Part shown: positions 47,171 to 56,378 of the stretch, in pieces | Numbering within the stretch: the first letter of the stretch is position 1 | How the letters are laid out: every line of letters begins with the position of its first letter | Source of the DNA: Anaerolineaceae bacterium | Lineage (GTDB): Bacteria; Chloroflexota; Anaerolineae; Anaerolineales; Anaerolineaceae | Assembly (NCBI GenBank): GCA_040766895.1 | Contig: JAXGPR010000002.1 | Span: 16,991 to 80,990, forward strand | Direction: 5' to 3' | Length of the DNA stretch: 64,000 bases | Notes under the pieces: model-generated | The model's database searches: none | Told to the model about the DNA's origin: nothing | What the model saw: the letters and a program-made list of their open reading frames with translations, nothing else | Program-made: the position numbers and the translations under genes

Positions 47171-48330
47171 TGAGCTCAGCGCGGACCTTCGACGTTATCA
47201 TCGCTGGCGCCGGTTCCGTCGGCACCCCCACTGCGATGTATTTGGCACAAGCAGGCTTTAGCGTTCTAGTTATCGAAGCACTACCCAGCTGTGGTCAAGC
47301 TTCAAATAAGCACGCTATCGGCGGCGTACGCGCTACCCATTCTGACCCTTCAAAAATATACCTATGCGCAGATAGCATTAATATCCTGTCTACATGGCAA
47401 GAAAAATATGGGGATGATATCGAATGGCGCTCAGGTGGCTATAGCTTTGTCGCTTATGATGAGAACGTTGAAGCTAACCTAAAAAGCTTGCTGGCTGTGC
47501 AGAAATCCTTGGGGTTGAATATCGATTGGCACAGTGCCGACCAAATTTTGCAGCTTATCCCTGGCTTACAGCCTAAAGGTTTGCGCGGTGGCACATTTTC
47601 ACCCGAGGATGGCTCAGCTTCTCCACTCAAAACCGCGGCGGCTTTTTATAAGCATGCGAAAGCTTCTGGTGCAGAATTCCACTTTAATGAAAAGGTCAGC
47701 CAGGTGACGTTGGCAAATGGAAGAGTCAGCCAGATAATTACCGATCGCGAGCAATATATCTGCAAGTATTTTATTAACGCAGCCGGCTCTTGGGCTGGAG
47801 AGATTTCAGCGTTATTAGGTGTGCCTTTGCCTGTGCAGCCAGAAGCCCACGAAGCGGCAATCACGGAACCAACACAACCGCTGTTCGATGCCATGGTTGT
47901 CGATATCCGCCCTACGCCCGGATCGAATAACTTTTACTTTTACCAACATCCGACGGGTAAGATTATCTTCTGCCTCACACCAGACCCGCCAATTATGGGT
48001 TTTTTGAACCAAAATACCAGTGGTTTCCTTACAGCCGGCTCACAACGTCTGATTGATCTGATGCCAAAGCTGATGAACTTACGCCTGAGGCGTTCCTGGC
48101 GCGGCACCTACCCGATGACGCCAGATGGTTTACCTATTCTTGGCAGCGTCGATTCAGTAGGAGGTTATCTCTTGGCAACCGGCTTGTGTGGTCAGGGCTT
48201 TATGTTAGGTCCAGGCGTTGCGCGCTTGTTGACCCACTTAATTGAAGGACGCCTAAATCCACAGGAACATGCTTGCTTAGAAAGCTTGAGTTTAGAGCGG
48301 GCATTTACAAGTGAAGAAATGTTAAAATAA
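47167..48330 (+). CDS. FAD-dependent oxidoreductase (sarcosine oxidase beta / HcnC / DadA-like)
   Basis: FDVIIAGAGSVGTPTAMYLAQAG dinucleotide-binding motif. Its ATGA start overlaps the upstream stop. Confidence 0.8.
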   Translation: MMSSARTFDVIIAGAGSVGTPTAMYLAQAGFSVLVIEALPSCGQASNKHAIGGVRATHSDPSKIYLCADSINILSTWQEKYGDDIEWRSGGYSFVAYDENVEANLKSLLAVQKSLGLNIDWHSADQILQLIPGLQPKGLRGGTFSPEDGSASPLKTAAAFYKHAKASGAEFHFNEKVSQVTLANGRVSQIITDREQYICKYFINAAGSWAGEISALLGVPLPVQPEAHEAAITEPTQPLFDAMVVDIRPTPGSNNFYFYQHPTGKIIFCLTPDPPIMGFLNQNTSGFLTAGSQRLIDLMPKLMNLRLRRSWRGTYPMTPDGLPILGSVDSVGGYLLATGLCGQGFMLGPGVARLLTHLIEGRLNPQEHACLESLSLERAFTSEEMLK

Positions 48331-48368
48331 AACTGGCAAAATGTGGCATACTATAGCTGCCGTAAATC

Positions 48369-50567
48369 ATGGAGTTCGAAAAAGCTTTTCATAAATTTCC
48401 TGCGAGTTATTCTGCAAGCGACATCGAGCAGATAAAAAAAGCTTACCTGCTCGCTGAACAAGCTTACGCTGGGCAAACGCGCGCTTCAGGCTTGCCATAC
48501 GTCTCTCACTGTGTTGGCGTGGCGAATATCTTGCTGGATATGGAAGTGCATCCAAACTTAGTAATTGCTGGTTTGCTGCACGATATTCTCATCGACACAA
48601 ATGTAACCTTGGATGAAATTCGAGCCCAATTTGGCGATCAAGTAGCCAAATACGTAGAAGACCTTACGAAGATCACCAGCCTTCCACAACTTTCCCGTGG
48701 AGATCAGCATCCCGAAGAACGCGTTCCAATGTCCGAAACAGAGGGTCCAAGCTCAACATGGAAAGGGGATTTAGCCGCTGAGACGCTGCGCAAGATGCTG
48801 CTTGCCATCGGTGAGGACGTTCATATAGTCATCGTCAAGTTAGCTGACCGTTTGCATAATATGCGCACTCTGAAAGACCTACCCCCAGATCGGCAGAAAA
48901 GAATCGCACAGGAAACACTGGATATTTTTGCTCCACTGGCAAACCGATTGGGTATCTGGCAGATTAAATGGGAGCTTGAAGATTTAGCGTTTCGCTATGT
49001 GAACCCCGAAGAATATAGCAAAATCGCGGAACAACTCGCTTCCCGCCGAACGAAACGAGAAGATGAGATCAAAACAATCATTTCAGAATTGGAAGATCTC
49101 TTGCGTAAATCTGACGTCGAGGCAAAAATCACTGGCCGCCCGAAACATATTTATTCTATCTATCGCAAAATGCTGCGTAAAGGTGAAAGCTTTGAAGCCG
49201 TACGCGACCTGCGAGCAGTGCGCATCATTGTTGATGACGTTGAAACCTGCTATAAAGTCCTAGGCATTATTCACATGCACTTCCAACCTATCCCGGGCGA
49301 ATTTGACGACTATATTGCTGCCAGAAAACCAAACAACTATCAATCCTTGCATACTACGGTTATATACAAGGATGGAAAACCTTTAGAAATTCAAATCCGC
49401 ACCTGGGAGATGCACTACAACGCTGAATATGGTGTGGCTGCTCACTGGCGCTATAAAGAAAATAAGACCCCAATTTCTAACGAATATGAGCAAAAAGTTA
49501 ACATCCTCCGCAGCTTGCTTTCCTGGAGTATGGATATTGAAGAGAGTTCTGAGAGCTCGGAGAGAGAGCACCTAGATGTGCTCCGGGACCGTGTGTATGT
49601 CATCACGCCCAAAGGAGACGTGGTAGAGCTGCCTTATGGCGCCACGCCAATAGATTTTGCGTATATGGTCCACACTAATGTTGGTCATCGCTGCCGAGGC
49701 GCCAAGGTAAATGGCAAGATGGTTCCTTTGGATTACCAGCTTAAAACTGGCGATCAAGTCGAGATACTAACCGCCAACCGAGGAGGACCCAGCCGAGATT
49801 GGCTAAACCCCAACTTAGGTTTAGTTAAATCCGCCCGAACGCGCTCCAAGATTAAACAATGGTTTAAGCAACAGGATCGAGAACAAAACCTCGAGCACGG
49901 CAAGATGATCATCGAGAAAGAGTTCAAACGGCTCGGGATTGGGCAAGTTGATCTCAATCAATTTGTGGATGAATTCCACGTAAAAACTTTAGATGATTTA
50001 TATGTAGGGATTGGCTGCGGAGATATTCCTATTGGTCGCTTGGTAAACCGTATCGCTGAAACCCAGCGGGAACCCGAACCTGAGACTATTGTAGTCATGC
50101 CCACAGCACCGGCTAAGGTTCGGCCTGGCGCTACAGTCACGGTGATGGGACTTAAGGGCTTAGCCACAAGCATGGCGCGCTGCTGTAACCCAATGCCAGG
50201 TGACGAAATCATTGGCTATATTACCCGCGGCAGAGGCGTTACCATTCATCGTTCCGATTGTCCCAACGTCCTGCGGGTCAAAGATAACGAGCGGCTGATC
50301 AAAGTCGATTGGGGCATGGAGGAAAAATCTTATCCCGTGCCTCTCCAAATTAAGGCTTATGACCGCCAAGGGTTAATGTCTGATATTTCTAATGTAATCT
50401 CCAGTGAACCAGTGCATCTCATTGATCTTTCCATGAACAGCCGGCAGAATATTGTTGTCATCAATCTGGAAATTGAGGTTGGCGGTATCAGCCAATTGAG
50501 CCGTTTGCTTGCTCGCCTGGAGAATATCCCTAATGTAATCGAGGCTATCCGCGTCAAACCAGGATAA
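48369..50567 (+). CDS. RelA/SpoT-homologue (p)ppGpp synthetase/hydrolase
   Basis: HD domain (YVSHCVGVANIL, HDILIDT, DRLHNMRTL). Synthetase motifs (RPKHIYSIYRKM, DLRAVRIIV, YQSLHTTV, EIQIRT). TGS and ACT C-terminal regions. Confidence 0.9.
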   Translation: MEFEKAFHKFPASYSASDIEQIKKAYLLAEQAYAGQTRASGLPYVSHCVGVANILLDMEVHPNLVIAGLLHDILIDTNVTLDEIRAQFGDQVAKYVEDLTKITSLPQLSRGDQHPEERVPMSETEGPSSTWKGDLAAETLRKMLLAIGEDVHIVIVKLADRLHNMRTLKDLPPDRQKRIAQETLDIFAPLANRLGIWQIKWELEDLAFRYVNPEEYSKIAEQLASRRTKREDEIKTIISELEDLLRKSDVEAKITGRPKHIYSIYRKMLRKGESFEAVRDLRAVRIIVDDVETCYKVLGIIHMHFQPIPGEFDDYIAARKPNNYQSLHTTVIYKDGKPLEIQIRTWEMHYNAEYGVAAHWRYKENKTPISNEYEQKVNILRSLLSWSMDIEESSESSEREHLDVLRDRVYVITPKGDVVELPYGATPIDFAYMVHTNVGHRCRGAKVNGKMVPLDYQLKTGDQVEILTANRGGPSRDWLNPNLGLVKSARTRSKIKQWFKQQDREQNLEHGKMIIEKEFKRLGIGQVDLNQFVDEFHVKTLDDLYVGIGCGDIPIGRLVNRIAETQREPEPETIVVMPTAPAKVRPGATVTVMGLKGLATSMARCCNPMPGDEIIGYITRGRGVTIHRSDCPNVLRVKDNERLIKVDWGMEEKSYPVPLQIKAYDRQGLMSDISNVISSEPVHLIDLSMNSRQNIVVINLEIEVGGISQLSRLLARLENIPNVIEAIRVKPG

Positions 50568-50587
50568 AATATTGGGAATGTGCTTTA

Positions 50588-50636
50588 CGGCTGGCTTAAC
50601 CTAAGGTAAAATGCCAGCCGAGATTTTAGCTTTTTT
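50588..50636 (+). terminator. Rho-independent terminator after the RSH gene
   Basis: Stem cggctggc / gccagccg followed by AGATTTTAGCTTTTTT. Confidence 0.6.
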
Positions 50637-50649
50637 AAGGAGAATTTGA

Positions 50650-50907
50650 ATGCCAAAAATTCGCTGTCACTATTTAGATTGCTTGTTCCTTGACGAGCGC
50701 TATTGCACCGCTGCTGCAATCGAACTGAATCCGGATACGGGTTGCCAGACTTACACCCCCGATGAGGAGGCTGGAGCAGAAAACTGGGAAGATGAAGATT
50801 TGGATGAATGGGAACCTCTAGCGCCGGAGGATGAAACTGAGGAGTGGGAAGAAGAGGTCGAAGACGAGGAAGAAGAAGACGAAGAAGACGAGAGTGAAGA
50901 GTATTAA
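50650..50907 (+). CDS. Small Cys-containing (DUF1540-like) protein with a polyacidic tail
   Basis: SD AAGGAG upstream. N-terminal KIRCHYLDCLFLDERYCTAAAIELNPDTGCQTY, then a tail with 32 Asp/Glu in 49 residues. Confidence 0.5.
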   Translation: MPKIRCHYLDCLFLDERYCTAAAIELNPDTGCQTYTPDEEAGAENWEDEDLDEWEPLAPEDETEEWEEEVEDEEEEDEEDESEEY

Positions 50908-50985
50908 CCAATATTGTTTACTTTCAATGCTTTTTCAAAGGATAGTTGGGCATGCGTGCTGATTTGCCAACGCTGAGGAGCTAAA

Positions 50986-51510
50986 ATGAGTAGTTTATTG
51001 CCAATGATTTCACTAAACGTCTTTCTACTGCCGGATTTTCGTAGAGAAATTCTCACAACCGTGCTTAATGAGAAAGACACCTTATCACCAGAAAATAAGC
51101 GGGAGCTCACGCAAGCGATAAGAGAATTCGTTAAAATTAGCGGATTTCGCAATCCTTTAGCTGCTCCACAAGCATTGCAAGTGCGTGCTATGGAATCCCC
51201 TTTCGAGAAAGAATCGCGTTTCGTAAAAGCGATCCTCTCCTCTTGGGCAGATATTAATTCGGACCTACAGGCGAATTTACAATCGGTTATTCCCGAGTTG
51301 GGTTTTGAACCTAACGATCAAGCGCCTCTTTACCCCGATCCAGAAAATGCTTTTGCGCTTGGCTGGCCAGAAGATCTGAGCTTCGAAAAGTTGGCAGACC
51401 TGGTAAAACAAAAAACTGAAATTGACGCCAGCTCAGATGCGATTTCATTGATGACTGTCTGGCTGACTGGGCGCTTGCCTGGCTCAGAACCTGCTGGCGA
51501 ACAACCTTAA
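50986..51510 (+). CDS. Hypothetical protein (174 aa)
   Basis: ORF upstream of the Asp23-nusB pair. No recognised domain. Confidence 0.45.
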   Translation: MSSLLPMISLNVFLLPDFRREILTTVLNEKDTLSPENKRELTQAIREFVKISGFRNPLAAPQALQVRAMESPFEKESRFVKAILSSWADINSDLQANLQSVIPELGFEPNDQAPLYPDPENAFALGWPEDLSFEKLADLVKQKTEIDASSDAISLMTVWLTGRLPGSEPAGEQP

Positions 51511-51522
51511 TTAAGGAGAAAA

Positions 51523-51858
51523 ATGGAAGAAACAACTTCTGGCAAGACCACCATTGCTCCCTCCGTGCTTAATACCATCGTGCGCCTGACGACGCTTGAA
51601 ACCCCTGGTGTCAGCCGCATGGCGCCTGTATATTTCCCGGTTGCCAAATCAGAACGCCATGATGATGAAGGCGTAAAAATTGTAGTTAAAGACTCGACCA
51701 TCTATGTGGATGTTTACGTCGTCATTAATGGTGAGGAGAACGTCCGCGTGGTCGCCGAAACCATTCAGCAGCGCGTTACGAGAGCAATTTCCGAAATGGT
51801 TGGTATGGATGTTGCATACGTAAATGTTCATGTTACGGATGTTGACCTCGAAGCGTGA
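51523..51858 (+). CDS. Asp23/Gls24-family stress protein
   Basis: GKTTIAPSVLNTIVRLTTLETPGVSRM and the V.V.V pattern typical of Asp23. The position before nusB matches the Firmicutes arrangement. Confidence 0.8.
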   Translation: MEETTSGKTTIAPSVLNTIVRLTTLETPGVSRMAPVYFPVAKSERHDDEGVKIVVKDSTIYVDVYVVINGEENVRVVAETIQQRVTRAISEMVGMDVAYVNVHVTDVDLEA

Positions 51859-51864
51859 TTTTTT

Positions 51865-52293
51865 ATGAAATCCCGCACAAAAGCGCGATACACCGCCCTG
51901 CAAACCTTATATGAGGTGGATATGGCTGACCACCCTTTGGGTACGGTACTTCAGGAACGGGCTGAAGAAAATGAGCTGGACACAGCAGAATATGATTTCG
52001 CGCAAGAAATCGCATTAGGTGTCAACCAAAATAAAGACCGTTTGGATCGTTTGATCGCGCAACATGCCCCAGAATGGCCCTTGGATCAGGTCGCGATTAT
52101 CGATCGAAACATTTTACGCATCGCCTTGTGGGAGATAGCCATTTACCGGAAAACTCCCCTCAAGGTGGGCATCAATGAGGCGGTAGAACTGGCTAAAACC
52201 TTTGGCACTGATAGTTCGCCCCGTTTTATAAACGGTGTATTAGGCAGTTTGGTTGACAATTTGGATGCTTTAAAACAAGCACTTTCTCAGTAA
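51865..52293 (+). CDS. nusB: Transcription antitermination factor NusB
   Basis: RTKARYTALQTLYEVD..., ILRIALWEI, INEAVELAK.FG, FINGVLG. Confidence 0.9.
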   Translation: MKSRTKARYTALQTLYEVDMADHPLGTVLQERAEENELDTAEYDFAQEIALGVNQNKDRLDRLIAQHAPEWPLDQVAIIDRNILRIALWEIAIYRKTPLKVGINEAVELAKTFGTDSSPRFINGVLGSLVDNLDALKQALSQ

Positions 52294-52302
52294 AGGCGGT
52301 TT

Positions 52303-54735
52303 ATGAAACCGAAAACGGTTAGGCAAGTTACCACTTATCTCTGCATCATTACCGTTTTGGGTTTCCTCTCGGGATGTGCCCTTTCCATTGTTCCAAAAAC
52401 TGAAAAACCAGTAGAAACACCCTTAACCTTGCCCGCGCGCCTTGAGGAGCCCGAGCTCGTGCCTGTAGTGTTCAATGCGGAACTTCGCCGAAGTTATTCT
52501 GATGAGACTGTGATAGCCATTGAGGTGCTGGATGAGCTCAGTGGTCTGGATCGCAATATCACCCGCTACGAGCTGACCAAGATTGAAGAGAACCATTATG
52601 CTGGGACGCTTCTGCTTCCATGCGGTGAAATAATTAAGTATCGTTATGTGAGCACCTTCCCTATCAGCCAACCTGAAGCTACTGCAGATGGCAACACGGT
52701 TATCTACCGGACGATGACTGTAGCCAAGAACACAACCATCAAGGACATCATTGCGGGCTGGCCCGAGCTGCCTTATGAGGGGGATCTCGGCAAACTTACC
52801 GGAATCATTTCTGATCAAAGTACAAAACAACCTTTAGCCGATATTCTCGTCACTGTGGCTGGTTACCAGACCTTCACAGATGCGACCGGTCGCTTCGATT
52901 TCTCTCAGATCCCCGTAGGTACACACAATCTCTCTGCTATTTCTATCGATGGCGCCTACCTTTCATACCAACAAGAAGCCAATATTATGGCAGATCTTTC
53001 GACGCCGGCTGTGATCGAACTGACGCCATTGCCGGAAGTCAATGTCACTTTTACTGTTAGCGTGCCGGAGGAAGCAAGTGGTGCGCCGATTCGATTAGCC
53101 GGAAATCTTTACCAGCTGGGCAATGTGTATGCTGATTTGTCTAATGGTGTTAGCAGTCTTGCTTCACGGATGCCTATCCTGAGCCGTTTGGACGATGGCA
53201 AATACTCCTTGCAGCTCAAATTCCATGCTGGTAATGCGCTAGTTTATCGTTATACCCTTGGCGATGGCTACCTCAACGCCGAACGCGATAAAGATGGCAG
53301 ACTGGTTACCAGGCGGATAATTATTCCAGATCGCGATGTGACCATCGAAGATACCATCGTATCGTGGGGTATGGCAGGCGTTGAGCCCATTACGATTAAA
53401 GTAACCGTCCCAGTGGAGACGCCTGCAGAAGATTCAATTTCCATTCAGTTACAACAAGGGATCTGGCAACAACCCCTTCCGATGTGGCCTCTGGGTAATA
53501 ATCAATGGATGATTTTGCTCTTCCTGAACCCTGAGGCAAGACAAAACACGCAATATCGTATTTGTCGGAACGCCCAGTGTGATCTTGCGTACGATGAAGC
53601 GAGTTACGCCTCGCCAATTTCATTAGCTGATATTACTGCGAACACAAGCGTACATACTGTCTCCAACTGGCATGCCTGGCAGCCTCAAATAGGCGGAACT
53701 CAAGATTCTGTTTTGCTCGGAGATGGCATTGAACTTATTGGGGTTGAATTCCTTCCAGACTATCAACCCTCTGATCTTAATCGTTATCGCGATAGTTTAA
53801 CGGAGCTGAAACAATCCGGCTTCAATTGGGTTATTTTTACGCCCACTTGGAAGGTTTCAATCGTAAACAACCTTCCTCAAGTCTCCCCTAACATCGAACA
53901 AAGTATGCTGATGATGGATTTAGCTGATTTGATGCAGTTAGCCAAAGAAAATGGCTTTACTGTCGGGCTTTACCCGCGTCTGGATTTTTCTATGGACTCA
54001 GCGGAGTGGTGGAAAAATTCTAAACGGGATGCGCTGTGGTGGCAGCAATGGTATCAGGAATACGAGCGTTTTACAATAAGCTATACGCAATTTGCTGCTA
54101 ATAATAAGGTTGATCAGCTTATCCTTGGCGGTGTTGACGTAACCGCCAGCCTCCCAGGTGGCGTCGAAACCACAATAGATAACAAAGGTACACCTAAGAA
54201 TGCCGATCAACTGTGGGAAGCATTACTTCAAAAAATAAATCAGTATTACCAAGGTCTAATACTTTTGGCATTACCCATTGAAGAATCAGAACTCCCCGAA
54301 TATACGTTTTACGATCAAATTGACGGCTTTTACTTACAGTTTCAACCTGCTGCTGATATTAGTCCTAGCTATGATCAACAAACTGTAGAAAACACCCTTA
54401 ATAACATTGTAGTTAATCTCCAGCGGAGTATGAACGATAAGCAATTTTTTGCTGGGTTGAACGCGCCTGCACTCTCTGCAGACGATTTTACTTGCCCATC
54501 TGCCGACTGCCTGATTAGCCCCAGAGCATCTGCCTATGCCACCTACCCAGTAGATTTAGCTGCCCAGCTGGACTTTTATCGAACGTATCTTAGTGCACTT
54601 AGCCAACGAAGCTGGGTGCAGGGCATCAGCTCACGTGGCTTTTTTCCAGTCGTCAAACTACACGATTTTTCCTCATCTATTTATGGCAAACCTGCTATGC
54701 AATTGCTAATGAACAGCACAACAGATGCTGAATAA
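52303..54735 (+). CDS. Large lipoprotein with a carboxypeptidase-regulatory-like domain and a glycosidase-like C-terminal region
   Basis: Lipobox LGFLSGC. CarboxypepD_reg-like GIISDQSTKQPLADILVTVAGYQTFTDATGRFDFSQIPVGTHNLS. The function of the remainder is unknown. Confidence 0.55.
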   Translation: MKPKTVRQVTTYLCIITVLGFLSGCALSIVPKTEKPVETPLTLPARLEEPELVPVVFNAELRRSYSDETVIAIEVLDELSGLDRNITRYELTKIEENHYAGTLLLPCGEIIKYRYVSTFPISQPEATADGNTVIYRTMTVAKNTTIKDIIAGWPELPYEGDLGKLTGIISDQSTKQPLADILVTVAGYQTFTDATGRFDFSQIPVGTHNLSAISIDGAYLSYQQEANIMADLSTPAVIELTPLPEVNVTFTVSVPEEASGAPIRLAGNLYQLGNVYADLSNGVSSLASRMPILSRLDDGKYSLQLKFHAGNALVYRYTLGDGYLNAERDKDGRLVTRRIIIPDRDVTIEDTIVSWGMAGVEPITIKVTVPVETPAEDSISIQLQQGIWQQPLPMWPLGNNQWMILLFLNPEARQNTQYRICRNAQCDLAYDEASYASPISLADITANTSVHTVSNWHAWQPQIGGTQDSVLLGDGIELIGVEFLPDYQPSDLNRYRDSLTELKQSGFNWVIFTPTWKVSIVNNLPQVSPNIEQSMLMMDLADLMQLAKENGFTVGLYPRLDFSMDSAEWWKNSKRDALWWQQWYQEYERFTISYTQFAANNKVDQLILGGVDVTASLPGGVETTIDNKGTPKNADQLWEALLQKINQYYQGLILLALPIEESELPEYTFYDQIDGFYLQFQPAADISPSYDQQTVENTLNNIVVNLQRSMNDKQFFAGLNAPALSADDFTCPSADCLISPRASAYATYPVDLAAQLDFYRTYLSALSQRSWVQGISSRGFFPVVKLHDFSSSIYGKPAMQLLMNSTTDAE

Positions 54736-54753
54736 ATACTTAGGAAGGAACAA

Positions 54754-56343
54754 GTGGAACGCAAACATTTAGAACAAGAACTCTCGAAGATAGGCATATC
54801 AAACCCTCAAACGATTTTCTATAACCTCAACCGAGCAGAATTAGTTGAAGCTGCTTTAGCCAAGCAGGAAGGCAAGTTTTCTCAGGCTGGTGCGTTTGTC
54901 GTCAATACCTCGCCATATACTGGCAGGTCCCCTAATGATAAATACCTGGTTACAAATGGTGATCCAGACTTGTGGTTTGCCAGCGGGACACAAGCCATGG
55001 ATGATAAGACTTATGCTGCGTTGAAGGCTAAGTTGATGGCACATATTCAGCAACAACCGCTCTTCGTGAGGGATATGCGTGCCGGCGCTGATCCAGACCA
55101 AACGCTCCAGATTCGCATCATTTCCGACCTCGCCTGGCATAACCTTACCGCCAGTAACATGTTTATCCCCCGTTGTGATGACGAGCCAATCACGGATCCA
55201 GACCTGACAGTCGTGGTCGATACTTCCTTCGCTGCTGACCCAGCAACGGATGGGGTACGCTCACCAGCATTTATCATTATGAACTTCGAAGAAAAGCTGG
55301 TGCTAATAGGCACAACACGCTATGCTGGCGAAATCAAGAAGTCCGTTTTTACCTTCATGAATTATGTGATGCCCAAACGCCACGTGCTTTCTCTGCATTG
55401 CTCAGCCAATGTAGGCGCCGCTGGGGATGTCGCCCTATTCTTTGGGCTTAGTGGCACGGGGAAAACCACCCTTTCTTCAGACCCGCAAAGAAGGCTGATT
55501 GGAGATGACGAACACGGTTGGAATGAGCAAGGTGTTTTTAACTTTGAAGGCGGTTGTTACGCAAAAACTATTCGCATTAATCCAGAGTTTGAACCTTTAG
55601 TTTGGTCCGCTATCAACCGCTTTGGTTGCTTGCTGGAAAACGTCCCGCTCAATACCCAACGCGAGCCAGATTTCGATAGCAGCGCAATTACTGAAAACAC
55701 ACGTGCATCCTACCCGCTGGACTTCATCCCCAATTACGAGCCTTCTGGGCAAGGCGGGCACCCGAAACACATCTTCTTGCTCACCGCGGATGCTTTTGGC
55801 GTGCTTCCGCCCTTGGCGAAGCTGACGATTGAACAAGCGATGTACTATTTCCTCAGTGGTTATACCTCCAAATTAGCCGGCACCGAGCGCGGATTAGGTG
55901 ATAAACCCGAAGCAACCTTTTCAGCGTGTTTTGGAGCACCCTTCCTGCCGCTTAAGCCTTCAATCTATGCCAACCTCCTTGCCGAAAAGTTAGCCCAACA
56001 TCAAACCCATGTGTGGCTGCTTAATACCGGTTGGTCGGGTGGCGGCTATGGAGTAGGCAAACGCATCGCACTCCCGCTCACGCGTGCCATGATCAGCGCT
56101 GTCCTATCCGATCAGCTCAATAATGTGGAGACGCATCGTCACCCCATATTTAACTTGGATATTCCCGATGAGGTCGAAGGAGTTCCTCAAAATGTCCTCA
56201 ATCCAGAGTTAGCTTGGACTGATCAGGCTGCTTATCAGCGAGAAGCACTTCAATTAGCGCATAGGTTTGCTGAAAACTTTAAGAAATATGAAAAGACAGT
56301 TCTGCCGGAGGTTAGTGCAGCCGGTCCTCGCGTGGCGCTCTGA
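54754..56343 (+). CDS. pckA: Phosphoenolpyruvate carboxykinase (ATP)
   Basis: GLSGTGKTTLS kinase-1a motif, IGDDEHGW, and the NTGWSGG motif. GTG start. Confidence 0.9.
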   Translation: MERKHLEQELSKIGISNPQTIFYNLNRAELVEAALAKQEGKFSQAGAFVVNTSPYTGRSPNDKYLVTNGDPDLWFASGTQAMDDKTYAALKAKLMAHIQQQPLFVRDMRAGADPDQTLQIRIISDLAWHNLTASNMFIPRCDDEPITDPDLTVVVDTSFAADPATDGVRSPAFIIMNFEEKLVLIGTTRYAGEIKKSVFTFMNYVMPKRHVLSLHCSANVGAAGDVALFFGLSGTGKTTLSSDPQRRLIGDDEHGWNEQGVFNFEGGCYAKTIRINPEFEPLVWSAINRFGCLLENVPLNTQREPDFDSSAITENTRASYPLDFIPNYEPSGQGGHPKHIFLLTADAFGVLPPLAKLTIEQAMYYFLSGYTSKLAGTERGLGDKPEATFSACFGAPFLPLKPSIYANLLAEKLAQHQTHVWLLNTGWSGGGYGVGKRIALPLTRAMISAVLSDQLNNVETHRHPIFNLDIPDEVEGVPQNVLNPELAWTDQAAYQREALQLAHRFAENFKKYEKTVLPEVSAAGPRVAL

Positions 56344-56378
56344 TTGACAATTCGTTTGTACCTTGCAAAGGAGTACCT

